Below, in pieces: positions 35,501 through 45,144 of a DNA stretch of 64,000 bases. The stretch lies in assembly GCA_905178155.1 (NCBI GenBank), contig CAJINV010000004.1, positions 11,368,542-11,432,541 of the forward strand. Direction: 5' to 3'. Each line of letters starts with the position of its first letter. The first letter of the stretch is position 1. The notes under the pieces were generated by a model. That model saw only the letters and a list, made by a program, of their open reading frames with translations. It ran no database searches and was not told the origin of the DNA. Origin of the DNA: Amoebophrya sp. A120. Taxonomy: Eukaryota > Protista > Dinoflagellata. The translations under genes and the position numbers were made by a program.

Positions 35501-37645
35501 GCGCGGAGGGAGACTGCGCGGAAACGTATCTCAGTGTCGATGTCCACCCCAACGTCGTCCTGTTTGAAAGAACATCAGCTCGTCGTGGATCATGCGTGTA
35601 CAACTAGCTACCCAAACCAAGCGATTGAAAATTCGTAATAATAGGCAAAACACGCCAGAGCAAGGGCAAGCTGGAAGCAAATATGCAACGTAGTTGATTC
35701 GTCGGCATGACAAAAGATCCCCTTTTGCTGGTCCTTCTCTTTCCGCATTCAGCACATGACAGATCGCTAAAAAGTAGTTACTTTGACTTACCTTCTTCGG
35801 CGGCTCCGACGCTGCCTCGGCCGGGTCATCCTTCGCGACCAGAAATGAGTACAGAGGTGTGTCCCGGACAAGCGGGCTGTCGGGAATGCCGGCCTGTTGC
35901 TGAACCGCGTTTACGCAAGGGGCCCGCCTATGCATTGCAAAAGCAACGTAAAAACAGTTGTAGGAAATTAATAACCGATCCCAAATTTGGGCTCATTCAG
36001 GTCGTTGGGAAAGATATTTGTGATGCAGGACAACTGCAGTTCCAACGAGATTCCGCACTTTTGCAGAGCATATGGCCCCTGAAACACCAACTCGACCAGG
36101 ACATCGGACTTAGCCGTGCCTATGGATGCGTCAGATCGGAAAATTGCAAAATCGGATAGAAAAAATGGCGACGCATATGTAAATGCGAACCACTACAATG
36201 CTCCTGTGTATTTCTATTGATCTTATGCATGGCAAAAAATGAATTTCATTTTGAGAATTCTTTCCGATCTGCCACTTCCGTAGTGACTTGGAGAAACGTT
36301 TGCAGGACGTTGCTATCATCTGTAAAAATGTCTGGGTCTGGAAGGTTGAAACTTGTGATGCTAACTTTGGAAGCCTGGAAGCCTGAGGCGATGCTACTAA
36401 GGGAAAATGGAACAATCCTCAGTCCTTTGGACTCTAAAAAAATCTGTATTGCATGGCCAGCAATAGGAGCCCAGTTTGTGCTACGCGGGGAGGGCATTTG
36501 TCATGCGGGATAGGCATCAGGAAGGCCTCTCCGAATATGTGATGCCAGATCATGCATTACAGACATCCTGAGTCATGTAAAATATGCATGACAAACCTGG
36601 CAACCTTCCAGACCCAGACATTTTTGCATTTGATAGTTGGTTTCCAGCACTTTGATCTCCGCCGCCGGACACTTGAGTCCGCTGGTCATGGTCGCTTTGG
36701 CCACGGACTGCGCGAACAGGGCGTTGAAATCCGCGGGGAGGGGCCCGTTCACGTCCAGCTTCCCCGTCATCATCACACGATTTTGCACGTTGTGCGATGC
36801 TATGGATTGTAAAAATGTCTGGGTCTGGAAGGTTGGAACTTGTAATGCTAGCTTTCCATTGAATTGAATTGAAGTAGCATACCTAGAAAATCTGTACTGC
36901 ATAACCAACAAAAGTCGCAGCCTCTTTTGTCATGCAAAAACGCAGTTTCTCATGCGGATTGCCTATGAGAAAGCGTTTTGGGAAGTTGTCATGCCGGACT
37001 GCATTCGGAAGTGTTTTCATCATGCACATTTTAGCATCACAAGTTTCCAGACACAGACATTTTTACATTTGATAGATGCGGAGTGCTCCAACTTGTCCTC
37101 CAGCTGCTTCATTTTGCCCATGATCTGCTGCTCGGCGGACGGCACCTGCTCCGGCGCGGGCGCTTTGGGCGCGGGCGGTGGTGGACCCGCGGCGGCGGGC
37201 GGAGGCGGGGGCGCTTGCTTCGCACTACTTTTCCCTTCGATGGTGGACTTTGTGATGGCGTGCTGTGTTATGGTTTTCTTATTTTTTCAAGGCCGTGCAC
37301 AACAAGAACCTCTTACGTACGCGCAACAGGGTGGAGCATTGCTGACTAGTAGCGAAGTAGTTCGTCTTGTCCTCAAACACCTAGACGAGCTGCAGCTTTT
37401 TTAGTCTTAGTGATAATGTGCAACACGACTCAGCCATGAGAAAAACTCTAGATGAATTGCTATTGCATCTAGGTCGTCCCCTTCGGAGATAGTGATCACG
37501 AGTTGCCATACTTTAGTACCAGCGCCACCGCCTGTGCCTTCTTGTGGTGCTTTTTGTGGTGGTGGTGCTTCTTGTGGTGCTTCTTGGCGATCTCCACCCC
37601 CGATGCGGCCACGGCGAGGAGCACCAGACCGACGCTACGCCGCAT
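32599..37645 (-). CDS. Secreted dinoflagellate-type protein of unknown function, His/Lys-rich N-terminus, 12 exons
   Basis: MRRSVGLVLLAVAASG signal peptide, KKHHKKHHHHKKHHKK, Pro-rich linker. Reconstructed C-terminus PYGELEPFGREDTAQELTEDSIKESDAMVDQIERAQVAEEKRSVFRALTRLRGAAITSFDGVARSQTGNIDEYNKSHKWRRTHPLHHLAAEESDVTKWAFPATSD*. 9 TAT..ATA introns plus 2 GT-AG introns (37263-37519; 35791 to 34573 or 35560). Confidence 0.85.
32608..32873. mobile_element. Family A intronic element in the last sense codon
   Basis: Exact DR tccga; removal gives GAC TAA. Confidence 0.92.
32946..33224. mobile_element. Diverged family A intronic element
   Basis: Exact DR gggtc; join WRRTHPLHH. Confidence 0.88.
33282..33648. 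mobile_element. Family D intronic element
   Basis: Exact DR cgacc; join VARSQTG. Confidence 0.88.
33680..34068. mobile_element. Family G intronic element
   Basis: Exact DR tgatg; join AAITSFDG. Confidence 0.88.
34222..34518. mobile_element. Diverged family A intronic element
   Basis: Sense DR agccc/agcgg; join LEPFGRED. Confidence 0.85.
34579..35527. mobile_element. One-ended GC-rich insertion flanked by a 38-bp direct repeat
   Basis: TAT start at 34579; 34541-34578 is identical to 35528-35565. Confidence 0.8.
35929..36072. mobile_element. Short decayed TAT..ATA intron
   Basis: TIR tatgc..tgcaaaag; join FQGPAPCV. Confidence 0.78.
36121..36282. mobile_element. Short decayed intronic element (TAC start)
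   Basis: TIR ta.gga.g.g.cagatcggaaa; sense DR gtcac/ggcac; join FLQVTAKSD. Confidence 0.8.
36314..36635. mobile_element. Family A intronic element
   Basis: DR gttgc/gttgg. Confidence 0.92.
36801..37074. mobile_element. Family A intronic element
   Basis: Exact DR gatgc; join EHSASHNV. Confidence 0.92.
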
Positions 37646-38625
37646 CGTGTTTGTGCACGTTGTGCGATGCTGGTCAATCGAAAAAAAGCAGAAGTGACAC
37701 GTTCAGAAAGACTATGACTGATTCTGATTCGGACTTTTTAGTCTCTTCTATCTGCTATTCCGAGAAGTAAAAACGAAGGCAACCACCACCAGCACCACTT
37801 CGCCGTCGAGCAGAGATCTTCACGCGCCAAGAACTAGAATGAAGTTTACAAGGCCGTTATGGAGGTGTTTTTTTAGTTCATCTGTCTCTAGTACGTACTT
37901 GCCTCTTTTGTCCTGAAATTTAATTTTCAGTCCAACGTGAAATGGCACTCTAAGTGGTACCACCAACCACGACTAGCATCGCAATCGCTTATGTCGTGGC
38001 ATTAATGATAAGTGGTACTTGTACTTCAGTTTACAAGTTCAAGTTCAAGTCACAGCAATGGTTGAATTTTCGTTGTTTTCTTTCCATCATCTTCACCAAT
38101 TGGAACCAACAGCAACACCATATGCATGTCCTCGTGAGGACTTTGCATTTTACGAAGCAGACGAAGAAGAAACCAACGGGATAGAACGTCGCAGCCACAA
38201 TCTGGCTTGAAACTTCATTTGAAACCGCCAAAACGTGGTTTTTGCAGCTACCACCTCGTCAGGGGCGTAACACGAACACAATTTCTTCAATGAGAGTGGA
38301 ATATCAATATTTTTTCTCGCCGCACAATACTTCTGTGAAGACGGAATTATAAATATGCTGAAATATAATGTCGCGTAGACGACTCGGCACAGCACGTACA
38401 CTGTTGGCACGTACTGTCGCTCGCCGAATCAAATGGCTATATATATAATCACTGAAGTACTCAAAAACGTCGCTTATTTTTCTCTTCGAACGCTGCCAGT
38501 GCCACACCTTCTGTGATATACAACACAACAGACCTATCACAACAAGGGCGCTTAGAACTACTTCTACTCACGACACTTTCCGCTACAACATCTGCACTTC
38601 CGCTCATGTCAGCACGCGACAATCC

Positions 38626-40707
38626 TCATGCAGTGGACGTGACTGCAAGCTGGAGCGGCAACGTCGTCGCAGCGGGCTCTGCGTAAGAACTTCCCACAGT
38701 TTGTTCATCTTCAGCAGCTGTTCCGTTATTTTCCGCGGTTGTGCAGTGCTTTGAGCTATGGCCTTTCCTCCCGCACCGGAAACACGTTCCGGTAAACTTT
38801 TTGTTCAGTTGCTCCAGCGGGCGAGGCTGGAACATGTCGAACTTGGCGCCGTAGAAAGGAAGCGGGGCGGCGGATGGATGTTGAGAGTCCTGCGGGACGA
38901 TCTGTCTCGGTTTTCGGTCTGCTCCTTCTACTGAATCTGATGCGCTAGCGCTGGGACTTAATCCATTTGTTGCATTATTCTTACCGATAGAAAAAGCAAC
39001 TTCGTTCTCCCGATACAAATCGCTTTTTTGGACGTCGGCTTTCGAAATCGTGCTTGCGCCACTGCCTTGGTATTCATCGGCATCAGGTGCTATGCCTACT
39101 GTTTCACGTAGACGTAGGCCACCTGGAATTTCATATGTTGAAGCATCAATTTTTCTTGTTCGTGCAGCCCAGTACTGCACCGCACCGTCAGCGTCGCGTG
39201 CTTCTTTTTCCTGGTCTTCTTTGTGCTGCCCGACGCCATTCCCGTGAACGCCCTTGGCACGATCCGTGTTGCCGCCCGCCTGCCCTCGCCCGCCTTCTGC
39301 CTCCGCCAATTTGCGGCCGCTGAGGTGGTACACCACGGGGCCCATATTCTGCCGCAGCACGTGGCAGGGCAGTCCGAGTTCGTAGCTCGACAGTCTTTCG
39401 TTGAAAAATACGTCCTCGATAAAGCTCGGCGGGGGGAATTTGACCTTCGCGAACAGCTGCCGGTACGTGGCAACGCGGCAAAGGTGCGTCTTGTCATACC
39501 AAATCGGCATCTTCTGGAACTCCAGGCCGTGAATCCTTTCGACCAGCAGCTCGTCCTTCTTGACAAGTTTAGTACTCACTGATGTAGTTTTGGCGGTGCT
39601 TTTCGCACAGTGCGGGCGGCCCGGGGGGAGGTTCTTGTCTCTGTCATGAGCCTCAACTACATCTGCCAGGCAAGAATTTATTTTAGCATTTTCCGCCGCA
39701 TTTGGATTTTCATCTGCAAACAACCCTGCGCACGACGAGGGCCCAGCAGCGTAATTATATTTCTGATCCCTCTCTTCACCCAAAGCTGTAGTTGCTGCTG
39801 CTGAAAATGATGTCGCTGCGCCTACTAGCTTCTGTTGCCTCTCGACCTTGTAGGACCATTCTGTCGTTGTTAAGGAGTCGAACCCAACGTAGCCGAGCCG
39901 GTCGGGGTGGTCTTCCATCGCTTGAAGCACCTCGCTTAACGGAAACGCCTGGATCAGCATGTAGTCATGCTGGGCGACCAGGACGTATTTCGTCCGCACG
40001 ACTTGCTCCACGGCAAACTGCATAACTTTCGCAAAGCCCCAGTTCCCCGCGCTGCCAATTCGGTGGACGCGTATTTCTGGGTGAAACAGTTTCTTCATAG
40101 CTGTTGTGTTTGTGCCGGCGGAAAACACCCTCTCATAAAGCCCCGGATCGCACAGATTTTCCACGAATTGCTCGTAATTTGCCGCTTGCTCTTCCGTTAT
40201 CCTGCATTTTTTCCAACTGGGCTTTTTTGGCTGCCGCCCCTTGCTATCCAGCACGTCCGCCCGGGTGTAGCCGTCACAAAAAATGTGCACAGGAATCGGT
40301 TTCCATTTGCCGCGCCTTCGTACAACTTCTTGTTCTTCTGCCGGTCCTGTACTAGTGCTCCTACTTCCATAATTGTTCGAAGATCGGCCTGCTTCTGCAC
40401 CTCGACCTTCGTCCACTTTCAGGTTTTGCGCGAAACTCTGCAGCAGCACCTCGATCAGCTTGGTGCTGGGATTCAGTGGAATGGCCGAGGTGGTAATCAC
40501 GAGAGTGACGTCCTGTTCTGAACAAAGAGATTCCTCCTCCTGTGGTCTTGCGGGGCCTCCCGTGAGAAAATCCTCGGAGATGTCGTCATCTTGACTCGAT
40601 GTCTCAACCTCGGTGACATTGCATCCCCTAAACGGGGGAAAGAACTCCACCGTCGTCGTGAATACACGCGGCCCGGCGTCTGTTTCCTCGTTTTGTGCAG
40701 CTGCCAT
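38626..40707 (-). CDS. Hypothetical protein, possible glycosyltransferase-like core plus C-terminal CCHC zinc knuckle
   Basis: Intronless 693-aa ORF. TKYVLVAQHDY resembles a GT-A motif; CFRCGRKGHSSKHC is a knuckle. Confidence 0.75.
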   Translation of the reverse strand: MAAAQNEETDAGPRVFTTTVEFFPPFRGCNVTEVETSSQDDDISEDFLTGGPARPQEEESLCSEQDVTLVITTSAIPLNPSTKLIEVLLQSFAQNLKVDEGRGAEAGRSSNNYGSRSTSTGPAEEQEVVRRRGKWKPIPVHIFCDGYTRADVLDSKGRQPKKPSWKKCRITEEQAANYEQFVENLCDPGLYERVFSAGTNTTAMKKLFHPEIRVHRIGSAGNWGFAKVMQFAVEQVVRTKYVLVAQHDYMLIQAFPLSEVLQAMEDHPDRLGYVGFDSLTTTEWSYKVERQQKLVGAATSFSAAATTALGEERDQKYNYAAGPSSCAGLFADENPNAAENAKINSCLADVVEAHDRDKNLPPGRPHCAKSTAKTTSVSTKLVKKDELLVERIHGLEFQKMPIWYDKTHLCRVATYRQLFAKVKFPPPSFIEDVFFNERLSSYELGLPCHVLRQNMGPVVYHLSGRKLAEAEGGRGQAGGNTDRAKGVHGNGVGQHKEDQEKEARDADGAVQYWAARTRKIDASTYEIPGGLRLRETVGIAPDADEYQGSGASTISKADVQKSDLYRENEVAFSIGKNNATNGLSPSASASDSVEGADRKPRQIVPQDSQHPSAAPLPFYGAKFDMFQPRPLEQLNKKFTGTCFRCGRKGHSSKHCTTAENNGTAAEDEQTVGSSYAEPAATTLPLQLAVTSTA

Positions 40708-41733
40708 GATTAGCTACTTCATCATCATTCGAAGAGATTCTTTATCATGGGAAGCAACTACGAAGTGGAACAGAGCCCACTCTACTGCAGACAGATGGTG
40801 TAGATATTGTCAAGTTAACGATAGCAGAGCGCCATATGTACGACATCATTACGATATATTTTTACTCGGACGCGGTTTTTGTCTAACAAGAATCTGGGTC
40901 TGGCTCGGCTTACGGGTATCGGAAAACAAAAAGCTATTGAGCTTTACTACTTCTTCTACACACGGCAGTTTGCTTCAACTCTTCCACCTGCTGATGAATG
41001 TAAAGGAACGAATAGATATGGTAAAGACATGCCAACGAATGGAGTTAGATAGAACCACTTTGTCAAGATAGAACAAGCACGACAGGATGGAATAATGGCG
41101 GGAGCATCATTTGTGTAATTTCCTGAGATCTTTAGATCGTCACTTCTTTACTCAGGATTCTCAACGAGCCTCCGACAAGACCGTGCAATGCACGCCGACG
41201 TAGCTACACTCTCCACCATTCTGCGACCTCTCCTACCAACAGCCTGAAATTCTTTAGAGAGAAAATAAAAGATCTAGTTTTACATGATGATCCGTCTGTC
41301 TCTGTTCCCACCGATTTCAATACTTTTATACATTTGTGATAGTGCAGCTTCATGCCAAGAGCGACGACTTCTTCGTACATCCGGATGTAGAGCTTGACGG
41401 TGCTACTGAAAGAAAATGAAATGAATCAACATCATTGACATAAATCTGCGGGGCAGTGCAATCTTTTCTGCAGAAGTGCGTCTTTTTTTGTCGATCGTTT
41501 TTGTCGCGGAAGTTGTTGTACAAAAGATATCATAGGTCGCGCGAGGTCCTCCTGGGGAAGTAGAGGTTTTTTTAACACTTTCATCACAAGAAAGACGACG
41601 AGCTCGTCGGGGGGCGCCGCACATAGAAGATATAATTGCACACAAACAAAAAGATCTTCGCGAACCTCCCGGATGTTGACGTGGTCGGACTTCGACGGAT
41701 CCTGCAAGACAAAAGTGAATCGGGTCGTCAGTG

Positions 41734-43307
41734 TCAATCGGTCATCATTTCATTTCCTGTCGCTGCTACTAGTGGAGACGGGGACGTCGAGGAGCCAGCA
41801 CCTCCCCCGGCGCTGATGTAATTGTTTTCATCTTCGTGCTATCAGGTGTAAAAATGTCTGGGTCTGGAAGAATGCATGTTTGTTATGCTTGTCTGGCATG
41901 ACTCTTGAATCTGTCATGCACGTTACCCAAGAGCTCCACGTTTCTGTCATGCAGAAACGCATTCTGTCATGCAGAATAGGCAACACCTAGAAGCTCAGAA
42001 ACTTGTCATGCTGAGCCAGCACTTGTGGCCTCATCATGATACGCCACCCAGCATCACAAGTTTCCAGACCCAGACATATTTGCAACGCATAAGTGCTTGC
42101 CTTCGGTGACCTCCACCAGCGCCCGCTCGCAGGCCGCGCCAATCTTGTCCACCACCGTTTCCTATCAAATGCAAAGATGTCTGGGTATGGAAGGTTGGAA
42201 CTTGTGATGCTAACTTTGGATTCTAAAAAAAATTGTATTGCATGACCAGCAAGAGGAGTCTAGTTTGTGCTACGCGGGAAGGGCATTTCTCATGCGGTGG
42301 AGGCATCAGGAAGACCTCTAAAAATCTGTGATGCTAGATCGTGCACTACAGACATCCTGGGTCATGCAACGCATGCATGACAAGTCTCAGAATCTTCCAG
42401 ACCCAGACATTTTTGCATTTGATATTTCCAGCTTGCCGCCGTGTCGTACCATCAGCTGGCCCCACGCCTTGTCGAACTTTGCCTCGTCGACACCGCAGGT
42501 GGCCATGGCCTTGCGCAACAGGTCGAGCTTTTTCCGCGGTTCCAGCGTCGCGTTGCCGTCCTGGTCGATGCGCTGCGGCGCGTTGGCCTCGCGGAGGTCC
42601 GTGCCGCCCAGCACCTGCTTCTTGGCGGCCACGGTGCTGTGCGGCCCCCACTGGCAGCCGGGAATCTTCTGAAATTCGTCCCAGTCGTAGGCCTTCTTGT
42701 CGGGGCAGCAGCTCCACCACTTCGCCGTCTCGTGGAAGATGGGCGGGCTCTTGTGGTGGCGGCACTCCTGCGGGCCGCCCTCCGTTACCGGGTCGAAGAA
42801 CTTGCTGCACCCGAAATTCTTGCACCGCACCTTGCCGGCCGCCTCGGCCGCCTTGCGGGCCTGCTTGGCAGCGCCCTCCGGATCGGCAGAGGTACAAGTC
42901 GTAGTACCATTTGCAGCGTCGCCAGCAGTAGAGGTGGTCATATTATTCTTCGAAGCGACAACCGGCGAAGCTGATGCCGATGCTCTCGTCGAAGGTGTGG
43001 AAGCAGATGCAGCCGCACTCGCTTCCGCCGGCCCGTCCTTGTGGACGACGAGCACCTCCGCCCCGTCGGTCACATAGTCCGCAACCAGGTCGGTGGACGC
43101 TAGGCGGTTGCCGCCGATGATTTTCAAAAAGTGGTCCGCGCAACAAAAGGGCGTGGAGTCCGGCTGCTCCGCGGCAAATTTTCGGTCGTGTTGCTTCGCG
43201 AACAAAGCGAGCAACTTGTCGCCCGTCATATCGTGTAACTGCTTCTGCGGCAGCGTGACCCGAATGGCCAGCGGGCTCAAGCCTTCACACTTCAAAGTCA
43301 CCTTCAT
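41734..43307 (-). CDS. CHORD (Cys/His-rich zinc-binding) domain protein, 3 exons
   Basis: CKNFGC...CRHHKSPPIFHETAKWWSCC...WDEFQKIPGCQWGPH. Introns at 42163-42424 and 41840-42091. The stop is at 41734, or at the second junction if TAA is formed there. Confidence 0.88.
41840..42091. mobile_element. Family A intronic element
   Basis: DR cgtgc/agtgc. Confidence 0.9.
42163..42424. mobile_element. Family A intronic element
   Basis: Exact DR tttcc; join KLETVVDK. Confidence 0.94.
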
Positions 43308-44124
43308 TTTCTGTGCTTCGTTTCTCCGATAATGTGGAGTTTTCTCAGTGACACAAATTGAAATAAGAAATTTTATTCTCCTTTGGGTACGACTCGTCGT
43401 GTGCAAAAAATACTTTAAAGCCGGTGGTCGGATAATTCTTGCGCTATTTCATCTCCTTCGGTCACATAGTTTTGCTCGCTGCTCAAGCAGTTGTGTTGGC
43501 GCTAACCAGTGATGATTTGTAATTATTCACTGCGTGCATCTGCAACCTTTCGTACGAAAACTCTTGAAACTGGCTATGAGAAGTGCGAAAAAAGGCTACG
43601 TGGTACTTTTGCGCTTCTAGTGCATTGTACATTTATGAAACAACTCGTGACTAAGACTCCCTAATAATTTCATTGATTGCACACGACCGCGACTCTCGAG
43701 CCTGTCGTAGGATGGAAAAAACACAATGCCATGAAAGGGATGAAGATGAACATCAAATGACTACAAAACGATGGCAAAACAGATTGACTGCGTTTCAAGT
43801 GCAGACATTCTCATCTCTACCTGTTATTTCGGAACTGCTTTGTTTCCTCGATTTTCATTCTTCATTTTCCAATATCATTGTGTTCCTTTCGAAACTACGA
43901 CCTAGATGATCATACAGTCTGCTTTTTGCGAGTAAGTGTTGCAAATTTGAAAAAAAATCTCGGATCGCGACGTGCAGGGAGAAGCAGATGATCGAATTTC
44001 TGTTGTAGTACTTATATGTACGAGCAAGATCTACTTAATCGTGGAAGCACCAGGAGGGCCGAACTTGCGGTACACGACGCCGGTCCACGCAGGAGCTTCC
44101 ACTTCCTCATGGCGGATTCCACTC

Positions 44125-45063
44125 TATGGCAACGGCAAAGACTTTTTGAAAAAAACTTTTTTTTTTTGCTACATATGATTTCACGGCACTTTATAGGCAT
44201 GCCAGCGGGTATGCGCAGAGTAGAATAGCAGAATAGCTTCGGCGCGGCTTAGGTGATAGCTTGCTGGCCCGAAGGCAGAAGGAAGGCCGCCCCGGCTGCA
44301 GACGCTACCATGGGTTCGGTCTTTAACGCTTTAGCCTCAAGGTAAGTAGCACGCCAGCCCCCCGCCGCGGCTCTGGGGTATCGAAAGGGGACTCAAGATA
44401 AGTCACCGCAGCCCTGGCTGGTTCGCTCGGGAGCGGCAGTCTCAAACGAGCACGGCTACGAGACGTGGCCCGCCCTAGCTTTCGCAATGCCCTACGAACG
44501 AAAAACAGAGTAGGCTCACGCCTTTGTCGTCTTTGATTCTATTCCCGGCCGCATTGTGCTACCTTCCTTCGGGGCCGCATCCGGGTTATCATTTTCAAGG
44601 ACGCAGCTCGCCAAAAGCAGCAAACTTGCGGAAACGAAAAGGGGGGCCGGGCCCCCCCTCGAGGGGGGGGGTTTGGGGGACCCCCCTTCGTGGAGATACC
44701 AAGGGGGACTAGCTGTCTGCGAAGGCCCAAAAAGAGGGGGGGTTTGGGGGACCCCTCGGGGGGCCCCAAAAGGGATTTCGGATTGCGGATTCACGAGGAG
44801 TTCTATCATTTTCAAGGAAAAACCGCCGAAGGCGAAGAACCGCCTCCCGCGACCCAGCTCCCCAGGAGATTTGCGGCCGCGGCATCAATGTCGCCGGCAG
44901 TGCCGCGCACGGCTTGGAATTTTTCGAAAGCCGTGCGCGCCGTCTGTTTCGCCTGTTAAGGCGTGGGCCCTCCACTGGCTTCAACGCGCAGCACACCCGG
45001 CCTCGGGCTGGCTGCGCTTTTCTTTCATTCAAGCAGCAGCAGTGCAGGGGTTGGCTGTCCAAC
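44125..45063. mobile_element. One-ended family C-related element flanked by a ~100-bp duplication
   Basis: Left end TATGGCAACGGCAAAGACTTTTTG resembles the end at 52262, and the G/C-tract core is shared with 52750-52910. 44016-44124 is repeated at 45064-45162. Confidence 0.85.
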
Positions 45064-45144
45064 ATGTACAAGATCTACTTAATCGTGGAAGCACCAGGAG
45101 GGCCGAACTTGCGGTACACGACGCCGGTCCACGCAGGAGCTCCC

